Part shown: positions 12,061 through 23,874 of the stretch, piece by piece
How positions within the stretch are numbered: position 1 is the first letter of the stretch
Layout of the letters: each line of letters starts with the position of its first letter
From: Octopus sinensis
Taxonomy: Eukaryota
Reading direction: 5' to 3'
Assembly: GCF_006345805.1 (NCBI RefSeq)
Contig: NC_043004.1
Span: forward strand, 25,544,001-25,608,000
DNA: 64,000 bases
The notes under the pieces: generated by a model
The model's input: the letters and a program-made list of their open reading frames with translations, nothing else
Database searches by the model: none
Told to the model about the DNA's origin: nothing
Translations under genes and position numbers: made by a program

Positions 12061-12476
12061 AATCCGTTCGTGTCCGTTGCCAGCCTCGGCTGGCCCCCGT
12101 GCCGGTGACACGTAAAAGCACCATCCGTTTGTGTCCGTTGCCAGCATCGCCTGGCCCCATGCCGGTGACACGTAAAAGCACCATCCGTTCGTGGCCGTTT
12201 GCCAGCCTCGCCTGGCCCCGTGCCGGTGACACGTAAAAGCACCATCCGTTCGTGGCCGTTTGCCAGCTCTGTCTGGCACCTGTGCAGGTGGCACGTAAAA
12301 AGCACCCACTACACTCGCGGAGTGGTTGGCGTTAGGAAGGGCATCCAGCCATAGAAACACTGCCAGATCTGACTGGGCCTGACGAAGCCTTCCAGCTTCA
12401 CAGACCCCAGTTGAGCCGTCCAACCCATGCTAGCATGGAAAGCGGACGCTAAATGATGATGATGATGATGATGATG
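12061..12476 (+). mobile_element. RTE LINE 3' UTR fragment with about 4 tandem 59-60-bp units and (ATG)n tail
   Basis: Matches the 3' UTR of the RT-bearing copy at 43262-46037; ends GCTAGCATGGAAAGCGGACGCTAAA(TGA)n. Confidence 0.85.
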
Positions 12477-12834
12477 TTTGTCCACAGTTTTGCAGTAAAA
12501 CATGAAATCTACTGATTTACTTCACCTGATACTTAAATATAAATATTTTCTTTATATTTATTTTCCACGTAATGTCTTCAATGAACTGCTTTGTTAATTG
12601 ATAATCAGCCATTATTGGTTTCCTTAGAAACAACATTCACAAATGCTGGAAATAAAGAATCTAGATAAATACTTCTCACACATTCACTATTTTGTGGGAC
12701 TGAAAGATTAGTCAGTATAATGAGCTTATTAATGATTCCTTTTACTATCCTTCCTCATGTGTGTGTGTGTGCATGTAAGCTATAAACACACAAGCGGTGT
12801 AGTGCGAAAATAGGAAGATTATCAGAGAAGGTAG

Positions 12835-13635
12835 TATTTGTTTGTGAAAGAAGCACAAAAGCCATAAGAACTGCAGACACTCGGGAAATACTGGAGAAAA
12901 TTCAGAGAACTTTTACTTTGGTTGGCAACCAAAAGCTTCTCTCTCCAAGTGAAAGGAAGATTATATGATGCATATATACAAACAGCAATTCTACATGAGA
13001 GTGAGACATGGGCCCTGAATACAGAGAACATACGAAGACTAGAGAGGAATGAAGCTAGTATGCTCTGCTGGATGTGTAATGTAAGTGTACATGTTCAATA
13101 GAGTGCTAGTGTAATGAGAGAGAGGTTAGGTATAAGAGGAATTGCATGCAATGTGCAAGTGAGAAGACCGTGCTTGTTTGGTCATATGATGCAGATGAAT
13201 GCCAACAGCTTCATAAAGAGCCAATCTCTCAAATTAGATGGAACACGTGAGAGTGGGAGACCCAGGAAGATATGGGACAAAATACTGAAGGAAGACCTTA
13301 GGATGCTGAACTTTTCAGGTGAGATGACAAAGGACTGAGATACCTGGAACTTTGCTGTACTCAAGAAGACCTGTCCTGCACAGCAGAAGTGTTAAGGTGG
13401 CTCACCCTGGTGAAGAGAATTGGCCTGCAAGAGCACTGTACTGGTTCTATGTAAAAGCACTCTTGTGGTGCCACATTGAAAGTACCCAGCTCACATTGTA
13501 AAGTGTTTAGCATTTGGAAGAGCATCCAGCTGTAGAAACATGCCACATCAGACTGGAGACTGGTGCAGCTCTGGTCAAACCATCTGATCCATCTGAGCAT
13601 GGAAAATGGACATTAAATGATGATGATGATGATGA
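12835..13635 (+). mobile_element. Older RTE LINE 3' fragment (RT C-terminus, UTR, (GAT)n tail)
   Basis: KGRLYDAY...ILHESETWAL, RERLGIRGI..NVQVRR, GRPRKIWDKILKEDLR; same family as the 44 kb copy but more diverged. Confidence 0.8.
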
Positions 13636-13874
13636 TATATATATTGATATTGATATATAAGGGTAAGATCCAGGGATCCAAGTGTAAAAAGTTTGTAAGC
13701 TTCAAGTAGTCTGTGATGGGTATATAAAAAAATGTGGACAATGTACAATCAGAAGCAATGACGATTTATTGGCATTGGAGTTTACACACTTTGTCCCATG
13801 TCAAAGTTATGAGGAAATTTGATAATTTGAAAGTTTCTGTATAGCTCACAGTTAGCAACTAAAGTTGCTATGAA

Positions 13875-14200
13875 TCATCATCATCATCATCATCATCATC
13901 GTTTAACGTCCGCTTTCCATGCTAGCATGGGTTGGACAGTTCAACTGGGGTCTGGGGAGCCCGAAGGCTGCACCAGGCCAGTCAGATCTGGCAGTGTTTC
14001 TACAGCTGGATGCCCTTCCTAATGCCAACCACTCCGAGAGTGTAGTGGGTGATTTTATGTGCCACCGACACAGGTGCCAGACGAGGCTGGCGAACGGCCA
14101 CGATCGTATGGTGTTTGTCACGTGCCCACAGCACGGAGGCCAGTCGATGCGGTACTGGCTATGGCCACGTTCGGATGGTTTTCTTGATGTTCATCTATTT
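13875..14200 (-). mobile_element. RTE LINE 3' UTR fragment
   Basis: (CAT)n followed by GTTTAACGTCCGCTTTCCATGCTAGCATGGG..., the reverse complement of the RTE tail. Confidence 0.85.
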
Positions 14201-14664
14201 TGATTTGGTTTGAGGTAGTGGAACAGGTAAAATCCAGGCTACATATATTTCTTAGCTAGCTGATCCTTTAATGAGGGCTACTCAACTTAGCTAATAATCA
14301 TCAGACCGAGAAGGTTATATTCCAAGTTAACCCACTGCAGATGTGAGCTGAAGCTAATAGCAAAGCTGGAAAAACAGAATAAAAAAAGCAAATGCTTGAA
14401 GAAATAGAACAGTCAAGAAGTAAGAAAGGAAAAGATGAAGTCAAATATATGGGAGTAGGAATCATATAAGGTTGATAAGACTGAAAAAAATGGAGAGGAG
14501 GAAGACAGGGTGGGGAGATAGGAGCAGATAGTTGTTGTTGTTAAGGGAAAGGAATGGTTGCCTTAACTGGAATGGATAAAGATAGAGACTAGTTGAGCCC
14601 AAGGTACTGAATTCATAACAGAAAGGCTGGTACCGCTGGTCATCATCTACATCACAGTATACAT

Positions 14665-15146
14665 CAAAATCAAAATCAAACCAAATCAAATCAGATATCA
14701 GAAAGCAGAACCAGAATCGAAGTCGATCAACATCAATGGAAATTGCAGCTGCGATACCAGTGCCAGTGACAAGTAAGCAAACCATCCGATCATGGCTGTT
14801 GCCAGTGCCGCCCCGACTGGTCTCCGTGCTGGTGGCACATAAAAAAGCACCATCTGTTCGTGGCTTTTGCCAGCCTCGCCTGGCCCCCGTGCCAGTGGCA
14901 CATAAAAAGCACCATCTGTCCGTGGCCGTTTGCCAGCTCCGTCTGGCACCTGTGCCGGTGGCACGTAAAAAGCACCCCCTACACTCTCGGAGTGGTTGGC
15001 ATTAGGAAGGGCATCCAGCCGTAGAAACACTGCCAGATCAGACTGGGCCTGATGCAGCCTTCTGGCTTCACAGACCCCAGTTGAACCGTCCAACCCATGC
15101 TAGCATAGAAAGCGGACGCTAAATGATGATGATGATGATGATGATG
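14665..15146 (+). mobile_element. RTE LINE 3' UTR fragment with about 3 tandem units
   Basis: Same UTR sequence and (ATG)n tail as the other copies. Confidence 0.85.
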
Positions 15147-15149
15147 ACT

Positions 15150-15780
15150 ACTTACAAAATAGTGTGTGTATATAATTATATGTGTGTGAGTGTGTGTATT
15201 GTGTGGATGTGTGTGTGTATATACATATACCTGTGCATGACTGTGTGTGTATTATGTGGATGAATGTGTGAATACATATATCTGTGCATGAGTGTGTGTG
15301 TGTGTGTGTGTATGTGTGTGTACATGATAGAAAGTGCACGTGTGTGTATGTGTATGTGCATGAGTGTAAGTTTGTATGTATTTGTATTTGACTTTTAATA
15401 TTGGAGGAGGGGGTGTCATGTTTGTATTTTCCTGCTAATTTTTTTTTCATTTCCTAGATCTTCACTGCCTGTATAATACAGAGTGAGGTTGGAGTAATTG
15501 TAGAATTGTAGCACCTGCTGAGTAAGCAAAGTTTTCACCTATGTTTGTATGTGTGCGTGCGTGCATGCATACATACATGTGTGCGCACATGTATGTGCAT
15601 GTATGTGTATGTATGTGTATGTGTGTGAATGTGTGTGCCTTTATAGTTGAATGTATGTATGTATATATGTATGTGTATGTGTCTGTGTGTGTATATGTGT
15701 GTATGTGATTGTGTACATGTGTGTGTATAAATATGTATATGTGCATATATACATGTGTATGTGTGCACACTTTTACTAGC
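15150..15780. repeat. Degenerate (TG/TA)-rich simple-repeat field
   Basis: Long TGTGTA/TGTATG runs that explain the His/Thr-rich pseudo-ORFs here. Confidence 0.9.
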
Positions 15781-16035
15781 ATGACACTCAGCCAAAACTC
15801 ATTAGCCTATATCTGTCATTAAAATACACATCCAACAGGTTTAATCTGTGTTAATCCATATTAATAAAGATTATCTACCGAAACGGAAATTATTAATCCA
15901 TTTGTATACACAAGAGGAAGTTGAAGCACTTTTGATAAAGTTTAACACGGTACTTTGTTACAGGTGTTTACATTAACAATGTTTAGAAAATTAATTTTCT
16001 GGATGCAGATTACATGGAAATGGGGAGGGCTGACT

Positions 16036-16151
16036 GAAAGGTCATGTCATGACCTTTCTTAAAGGCCAATGAGATTGGACCAGGTGCCATACAGTCAGAA
16101 ATATCTTCTTAGTCACGTATTTCAACAACCATAATTGGTCAGCTATGACCT
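16036..16151. promoter_or_regulatory. Candidate nuclear-receptor element cluster (IR5 of AAAGGTCA, CCAAT palindrome, IR4-like)
   Basis: GAAAGGTCATG-T-CATGACCTTTC (16036-16058), CCAAT-GAG-ATTGG (16066-16078) and GGTCA-GCTA-TGACCT (16137-16151) in sequence I could not assign to any repeat. Motif evidence only. Confidence 0.3.
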
Positions 16152-17054
16152 ACTTTATTTTGTTGTAAAATTAATAATGTAAATTTAATTGTTTTTTAAC
16201 TTTGAAATTATCATGGTGGATTGATAACCCATTAATGGATAGCTCTAATCATTAAATATGAATCAGCTGAAAATAATTATGGCACTAATTAATACAATTA
16301 ATTAAAACTGATTTTATACATTTGTGCAAAGGAACATGTGTTCAGTTTCAAAATGGTAGCAGCAATAGCAGCAGTAGTTGTAGTTGATGGTCTCAACCTT
16401 AATAAATGACTGGTGCATAGTTTATGGCTCCAAAAGTAATAAAAGAGGTTTTAAAGTGAGTTTTAAACTATAGTGCATGGCACTATGTCAAAGGTTTTCT
16501 CCAAGTCAACAACTGCTACATGAAGTAGCTTGGGTCTTACTTAAAACTTCCTCTGTTGATGTCTCATTAAGAGTAGGTATTAGTGCTACCCTATCTTAAC
16601 ACAAACTTGAACTGCTTCTTATCTCAACTAATTTTTTTCCTAATTAGGCTTAGTTGTGCTCTATGTTTTACTGTTGATTTCATCACCTGTTCCATCTATC
16701 TAATGTTTCTTCAGCAAATCCTTTCTACAAAATCTCCTTTGCTCTTGTAGTAGTTAATGAATATATTGATACATCAGTCATTGAGAATAACCCCTCTGGT
16801 ACTACCTTACAGATTATTTGACTGACATGCACTTGTTACACTTCATTAGATATTTTCAATATCTCAATGACTATCCCTTACAGTCCAGCTGATTTTGTTA
16901 AAGGATTCTTTGACTAGGTAACTGTATAGTTTAATAGCCGCTTCCTCTGTTGGGTCTACTTGATCACCCCTCTCTTACTTGATCTGTCGGTCTTTTTCTC
17001 TCCCTCTCTCTCATTTTCACTCACCTTCCTCTCTCTTACTCCCTCTTTGTGTAT

Positions 17055-17216
17055 AGGTGTGGGTATGGTTGTGTGGTTAAGAAGCTCACTTTGCAACCGC
17101 ATGGCTTTAGGTCCAGTCTCACTGTATGATACCTTGGAAATGTGACTTCTACCATAGCCCTGAGGTGATCAGTGTCTTGTGAGAAAATTTGGTAGATGGA
17201 AACTGCATGAAATTCC

Positions 17217-17257
<41 letters not shown>

Positions 17258-17745
17258 ATGTGTATGTGTGTGTGCATGCGCGTGTGTGCATGCGTGCATG
17301 TGTGTGTGTTAGTGTTTGTGTATGTCTACAACCCTCACCACCATTTGACAAGTGGTGTTGGTTTGTTTGGTGAGCTGGCAGAACCGTTAGCACTCCGGAT
17401 GAAATGCGTAGCTGTATTTCGTCTGCCGTTATGTTCTGAGTTCAAATTCCGCCAAGGTCGACTTTGCCTTTCATCCTTTCGGGGTCAATAAATTAAGTAC
17501 CAGTTACGCACTGGGGTCGATGTAATCGACTTAATCCATTTGTCTGTCCTTGTTTGTCCCCTCTGTGTTTAGCCTCTTGTGGGTAGTAAAAGAAATAGGT
17601 TTGTTTAAGTCTCCATAACTTAGCAGTTTCAGCAAGGAGACCAACAGAATAATTTCTGGGATTGATCTATTTCACTAAGTCATTCGAGGCAGTGCCCCAA
17701 CATGACTGCAGTCAAATGACTGAAACAAGCAAAAGATAAAAGGTA
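17055..17745 (+). mobile_element. Degenerate SINE family A interrupted by a (TG)n tract and a younger SINE
   Basis: Head at about 17055-17215; 3' part resumes at 17598 after the nested insertion. Confidence 0.7.
17369..17597 (+). mobile_element. SINE family B (Meta/MESC-like central domain) nested in SINE A
   Basis: GGTGAGCTGGCAGAA head and central GCCTTTCATCCTTTCGGGGTC..TAAA..AGTACCAG; 9-bp TSD GGTTTGTTT (17360-17368 / 17598-17606). Confidence 0.85.
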
Positions 17746-17879
17746 AAAGAAATATCTATTTCTTTTTCTTTCTGTCTGTCTGTCTGTCTGTCTCTTTCTG
17801 TTAATTTCCTCATTCACTAACCTCTCATGGTAGCATTTCAATGCCTCTTTCTTTTTGAGGTCAGTGAGGGCAAATACCT

Positions 17880-18115
17880 ATTTCTTTACTACCCACAAGG
17901 GGCTAAACACAGAGGGGACAAACAAGGACAGACAAACGGATTAAGTCGATTATATCGACCCCAGTGCGTAACTGGTACTTAATTTATCGACCCCAAAAGG
18001 ATGAAAGGCAAAGTCGACCTCAGCCGAATTTGAACTCGGAATGTAACAGCAGACGAAATACAGATACGTATTTCGCCCGGCGTGCTAACGTTTCAACCAG
18101 CTCGCCGCCTTAAAG
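17880..18115 (-). mobile_element. SINE family B
   Basis: Reverse complement of 17369-17597; 17-bp TSD AGTGAGGGCAAATACCT (17863-17879 / 18116-18132). Confidence 0.9.
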
Positions 18116-18878
18116 AGTGAGGGCAAATACCTCACTATCATTACATACACACTGATATCCTGGCTCCTTCTTACCCACTGCTTTATTACAGTGGATTACA
18201 TCCTTTATCTTCACATCACTTAACATTCACAAACCTCTTACTTTGGGCTTCCCTCCATACTACATCCAACTACCTGATAATGTTTGTTCTTCCCCTCTTT
18301 CTTTCATTCCATTCCAGTCTGGTCTTTAGCTTTATGACACTTAACTGTACCACTACACTACTTTTCATCTGGAGGATACTCTGCTGTGGAGCTCCAGATC
18401 TAGCTTGAGGCTCACAGCTAAGGGCTCTTGTAAAAATTCTCCTCTATGTTATGGGTTCTTGTCTTATTTCTTGTCAATGATAATTCTCCTTTCTTGTTAT
18501 AAGTCCCTATCTCTCACTCTTTTGTAAGTGCCCCACCTGACTCTCCCTCCTTGATATGTGCCCTTCGATCTCCCACTTCTTGTTATAGCCCCTATACCTC
18601 TCCTTCTTTGTTATAGGTCCCTATCTCTTCCTCCATATTATAACCTCTATCATTCCTTCCTTGTCATAGGTCCCTACTTCTCACTCCTAGGTATATGTCC
18701 AGTTCTCTCTCTTTCTCCCCCCTCTCTCTCTGTTATAGCTCTCTATTTCTTACAGTCCCTTATCTCTTACTACTTGTTATACATATAATCTATGGCTTTT
18801 TTGATCCAACATTTGGCTAAATGATTTTTAACATCCATACTTGCCTTCTGCAAATTGTCTTGTCATCAATCCCATCTC

Positions 18879-19300
18879 GGATCTTTTTGGTTTGAGTGGC
18901 AGTTTTTTCTAGCGGTGTCATATGAAATTGTCACCCATAATTATGACCCTAGTATCAATCTATTGCATTTCAATCTCTTTTAGGGTTAGGGTTAGTTAGG
19001 GTTAGGTGGGGTATCTTTTTTTCTTCACAAATGTAAATAAACCCAATCTGTTTCTTAAACGAGGGACATATTCCTACGGCACAGAATGTTTTTTTTACCT
19101 CAATAGACGTCAGTGATTGGTTGAAATTGCAGAAATTGAAGGAAAAAAAAACAACAAATATCTTACAAACAATAGAATTTTCTCAATAAAGCCAAGCGAA
19201 AAAGATGTTTTATAAACACATTCTACCAGTATAAGAAGTTAAAAATTTTTTAGTTACCTAGAAATTATGTTAAAACCTGCCATTCAAACCGAAAAGATCC
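18879..19300. mobile_element. MITE with about 28-bp TIRs and internal TTAGGG repeats
   Basis: GGATCTTTTTGGTTTGAGTGGCAG... / ...CTGCCATTCAAACCGAAAAGATCC; flanks CCCATCTC / TCCATCCC (6/8 match, possible 8-bp TSD). Confidence 0.8.
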
Positions 19301-19304
19301 TCCA

Positions 19305-19620
19305 TCCCTATTAACTCTGGTGTACCCTAGGGCTTAATTTTGTCCATCCCCTCTCTTCCTTGACCCCACATCCAACAACATGCACACTTATGCAATTGAT
19401 AAATACCTTTTATTCTACCTCTGACTTTTTTAACCCTGCATCATTCACACACAACTTTAAGTACCACACATAAAATCAACATTGTCTCTAGAGACAGAGG
19501 TATCAAGAACATCCACCAGCGGAACCAATGTTGTCTCTTTGAAAAATAACAACAACAAATCAATCTGGCTTTCTATTGTGTAGTAAACTCTCTGACAGAC
19601 GTTCTTGCTGACTGACTGTC
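19305..19620 (+). mobile_element. Highly decayed CR1/L2-like RT remnant
   Basis: TCTGGTGTACCCTAGGGC resembles SGVPQGS; the downstream CACACTTATGCAATTGAT resembles H-YADD. Confidence 0.35.
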
Positions 19621-20259
19621 TAGTATATTCTCTGAATCTCTTCCACTATTTTCGTCACTTATACACACACTTATGCACCCGCATTCACAAAAAATCACAT
19701 GCACACACACTCCTCAATACATTTTCTCTCAGTAGCCTATCTTCTCTCATCCCCCACTGTCTCTCTCTACACCCTCTCCATCCCTCCCTTCCATCCATCT
19801 GTTCTTTCTCCTTCTTTCCTCTACACCTTAACCCTCTTTCCCTCCCTCCCTCTTTTTCTCTCTCTGTTTCTCTCTGACTCATTTGCTTCAGATGCCATGG
19901 TTGTCCATAGCAACAAGTTTATTCCTCATTGATTCCTGATTGATTGTATTTCTCCATAGCGTGGAGTACTGGGCTGGAGTGACTATCTTTTTCGTTTTAT
20001 TTAATTGCAGAAGTAAGTTGGAAATTTTTTATTTTTATAATTATTTAAACATTTTTTGATGGATGTGGATGGTGGTGGTGGTGGTGGTGATGGTGGTATT
20101 GTCCACTTACCTCAGGGGCAAAAGTACTGTTATGAGTTCATAAACTGTACAAGTCATGGTGGAAGAGGAGATACAGGATGTGGGACCACTTGCGTATATG
20201 ATGTTTTCCTTTCATGGCTGATAACATTGAAGGGTCAGTAATAAGGACCTGTTGATATT

Positions 20260-20673
20260 TACTCTTACTCTTACTCTTTTACTTGTTTCAGTCATCTGAC
20301 TGCGGCCATGGCGGAGCACTGCCTTTAGTCGAGCAAATCGACCCTGGGACTTATTCTTTGTAAGCCCAGTACTTATTCTATCGGTCTCTTTTGCCGAACC
20401 GCTAAGTGACGGGGACGTAAACACACCAGCATCGGTTGTCAAGCATTGCTAGGGGGACAAACACGGACACACAAACACATACACACATACATATATATAT
20501 ACATATATACGACAGGCTTCTTTCAGTTTCCGTCTACCAAATCCACTCACAAGGCATTGGTCGGCCCGGGGCAATAGCAGAAGACACTTGCCCAAGATGC
20601 CACGCAGTAGGAATGAACCTGGAACCATGTGGTTGGTTAGCAAGCTACTTACCACACAGCCACTCCTGCGCCT
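20260..20673 (-). mobile_element. Full-length SINE family A
   Basis: Near-identical to 6117-6532. Confidence 0.9.
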
Positions 20674-21260
20674 ATATATATATGTTTCAGGTAAAATATC
20701 ATTATCACCATCGTCATCACAATTATCATAACCACTACCATTACTGTCATTACCATCATTATCACCACCATTACCCTCATGATCATTCACATCAGCATCA
20801 CCACCATCATCACCATCAACCTCACCATTATTATTGTCGATTAACGGAAACACAAGGGTGTCACACTTGTAGTTTCTCAGTGCAAATCCCAATGAAATAA
20901 GCTTTGTCTTTGATATCTATGAGCTCAATGGAAGAAGTGAAGTACCAGTAATTCACTGGTATCACTAAACTTAATAGACTATAATCTTATTTCCAGTATC
21001 ATAGATTGTTATCAAATCAGCATCTGTTAGTTAAATTGAATGCCAACATCCGAAGCATGAACTGATAAAAAAAGATACTGGTAATCTTTTGGTTGATTGT
21101 GAGTTAAATAGTCATTTACAACATATACAGATAAAACAGTCTTTATCTTGTTTAAATTTATTTTGTCATTACAATAATCAGGCACCCATTTTAATGGAGA
21201 TTACTTTTATTACAAATTTAGTCTGTAGGAAAAATCCATGCTCGTGGTTTTTACAGGGTT

Positions 21261-21630
21261 TCCAAGACCAATGACCTCTGTAGGAAGGAGCTCTCTCCAT
21301 TATTATCTTTAGTCTTCCAATACCAATGACATTTGTCAGAAGGCGCTGTCTCCATAACATTCACATGTCCTCCAAGGCCAATAAGTTCTGTTGGATGAGC
21401 CCGTTTCCATGATCTTACAGGTCATAATGACCTACACAGTTGCTCCAAATCAGTGAGATCTATAAGAAGGGCTTGCTCCTATGCCCTTCACAGATCTTCC
21501 AAAATCCATAATGTCTGTAAGAATGGGAAGTTCCCATGACCTTTACTGATTGTCCAAGACCAGAGAAGTCTTTAGAAAGGGTCTCTCCTCCTGACCCAAC
21601 AGTTACTCCAACACCAGTGAAGCTTATGCA
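21261..21630. repeat. Degenerate 54-55-bp tandem repeat (about 6.5 units), one unit with an 18-bp insert forming a perfect ERE palindrome
   Basis: TCCAA anchors at 21261, 21316, 21371, 21444, 21498, 21553 and 21607 (spacings 55, 55, 73, 54, 55, 54); AGGTCA-TAA-TGACCT at 21419-21433. Confidence 0.8.
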
Positions 21631-21751
21631 GCGGTTTTAGGGGTTCCTGAGAGAACAGGACCCTTGGTTGCTTCTTGACCTCAGGTTGTCTGTGATGAAC
21701 ACAGAATTTCTTACCTCTCACCACATGAATATGTAGCTAAACAATTCTTAG

Positions 21752-21806
21752 CCCCAAACAACATACATATATGACTCTTCACTGGTAATGAGTGATGCAG
21801 CCTCAG
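21752..21806 (+). CDS. Candidate micro-exon of an unidentified host gene (PQTTYIYDSSLVMSDAAS)
   Basis: AATTCTTAG| acceptor, CAG|GTATGT donor, open frame, phase-compatible with 28849-28882. No recognised homology. Confidence 0.2.
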
Positions 21807-22364
21807 GTATGTAACTTTTGTGAGCAATGTAATGTTTAGGTATGAATGCAATGTACATGTATAAATAAATGGTCTAATAAAAAAATCAAAAATGGACTTG
21901 GTTTTATATGAGAAGCAACACACAGCTAAATTCAGCCAAACAAAATAATCTTCCATTTTGTAACCAAGCTACAATGTTATAATCTTCCATTTTGTAACCA
22001 AGTTACAATGTTATTGAACTCTTGGTTTGTCTTGTAAGTATAAGACAAGCTCTTACATCTGACATACAAACATCAACATGATAGTCAAATAAGTCATTGA
22101 AAAGTTTTGCATCTCATGTATATTAGAACTTGTAGTTTTGTACTTTGGACAGACAGGTTAAGTTCTATCCTTTGGTGATTGGCCTATGTCTGGTATGACA
22201 ATACCACTGTAGTGCATACATTACTACAAACACTTATTGTATACCTTCATTGACTGATCCATCCAGTCCTTCAACACAGAATAAACCCCAAAACATAAAA
22301 TATGACCAGATAGTGATGCCCTATAAGTGCAAAAACATTCCATTCAAGACAATGGATCCATAAT

Positions 22365-22745
22365 TATAGCACTCTGTTGGTTATGATGATGAGGGTTCCA
22401 GTCGATCCAATCAACGGAACAGTCTGCTTGTGAAATTAACGGGCAAGTGGCTGAGCACTCCACAGACACAAGTGCCCTTAACGTAGTTCTCAAGGAGATT
22501 CAGTGTGACACAGAGTGTGACAAGGCTGGCCCTTTGAAATACAGATACAATAGAAACAGGAAGAAAGAGTGAGAGAAAGTTGTGGTGAAAGAATACTACA
22601 GGGTTCATCACCATCTCCTGCAGGAGCCTCATGGAGCTTTAGGTGTTTTCACTCAATAAACACTCACAACGCCTGGTCCAGGAACCGAAACTGCGATCCT
22701 ATGATCGTAGGTCTGCTGCCCTAACCATTGGGCCATTGCGTCTCC
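22365..22745 (-). mobile_element. tRNA-derived SINE family C
   Basis: Minus-strand head TGGAGACGCAATGGCCCAATGGTTAGGGC...GTTTCGGTTCC (A/B-box-like); 13-bp TSD ATGGATCCATAAT (22352-22364 / 22746-22758). Confidence 0.8.
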
Positions 22746-22873
22746 ATGGATCCATAATAACCACTTAAAAGAATAGCCTATATGCCCAAACCTTTGTTTC
22801 TTTACCAACTACCGTCAATAGCTTTAACAAGGGAACATAATTAAATCTATATCACCCACCAATTAATATTTGT

Positions 22874-23092
22874 TGGGAGAAGGCAGTGAGATGGCAGAAT
22901 CATTAGCACGCAAGGCAAAATGCTTAGCAGCATTCCATCTGTCTTTACGTTCTGAGTTCAAAATCCACCAAGGTCAACTTTGCCTTTCATCCTTTCAGGG
23001 TCAATAAAATAAGTATCAGTCAAGTATTGGGGTTGATGTAATCAACTTATCCCAACTCCCGAACTTACTGGTCTTGGGCCAAAATTTGAAAC
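22874..23092 (+). mobile_element. SINE family B-related variant (different 3' tail)
   Basis: Same head and central domain as family B; 10-bp TSD TAATATTTGT (22864-22873 / 23093-23102). Confidence 0.8.
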
Positions 23093-23304
23093 TAATATTT
23101 GTAAGGGGGAAAATAATTGTTTTTAAAAATGTTTTTTCTTTTTAACACCAATTAGACATAGTTATTTCTACAAATGAATTTTTTAACCAAATGGTAGATT
23201 AAAATATATGGCATTTTATATGATTGTCATAGTAGCAAATTTGCAGTGAGATCCACTTGTGCATGTATACAGTGACAGTTACGTATATGTGTGTATGTGT
23301 GTGT

Positions 23305-23346
<42 letters not shown>

Positions 23347-23474
23347 ATGCACGATATAGAAATAGGGAGAAGAAAGAATTTCATTAACAGATTGTTATAT
23401 GGATAAATGGATGATGGCTGGGATAAAATGTAAGGACTAGAAAAAAGAATGAGTCAGAGGTATATTGGATAGGG

Positions 23475-23520
<46 letters not shown>

Positions 23521-23874
23521 CACAGATGGAGAGAGAGTGGAGAGAGGAAGGAAAGGAGAAGGTAGGAAGGAGGTAGAGAATAGGAAGGAGAGAAAAAGAG
23601 AGTGAAGAAGGGAGAGAGAGAGGGACTGGACAAGGGAAAGAGAGTGGGTAAGTGAGAGAGAGAGATGGAGGAGACATTAGTATGGGATAATACAAGCAAT
23701 TTTAACAAGCAGCAAAAATAACATCAAACAACAATAATAACAATAACAGCAACAATATTAACAGCATCAGCAGAAATAACAACAACCACAATTACAGCAT
23801 TAACAACAACCACAACAATACCAACAATAACAACAAAAACAACAATATCAATAAGACCTCATTATAATAATAAT

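Noticed and set aside
12061-12300. 59-60-bp direct repeats resembling a CRISPR array, and the ORFs over them
   Set aside because: They are the VNTR of the RTE 3' UTR with no spacers; the ORFs (for example 12055-12423, 14698-15093, 43425-43880) are incidental frames of GC-rich repeats.
16716-16917. Two possible plus-strand exons (NPFYKISFALVV...; PADFVKGFFD*)
   Set aside because: Weak donor in the first and a stop or incompatible phase in the second; they cannot join the candidate exon chain.
18980-19006. Telomere or chromosome-fusion site
   Set aside because: Only about four TTAGGG units, lying inside a TIR-bounded MITE.
21178-21630. Minus-strand peptide repeat (W-R-x-x-x-P-T-E-V-I-G-L-G)
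   Set aside because: The 55-bp period shifts the frame every unit, and all frames contain stops.
21948-22013. 33-bp tandem duplication (AATCTTCCATTTTGTAACCAAG.TACAATGTTAT)
   Set aside because: Ordinary slippage duplication with no further structure.
22672-22745. tRNA gene
   Set aside because: It is the tRNA-like head of a TSD-flanked SINE, with no complete cloverleaf. The same applies to the other SINE heads.
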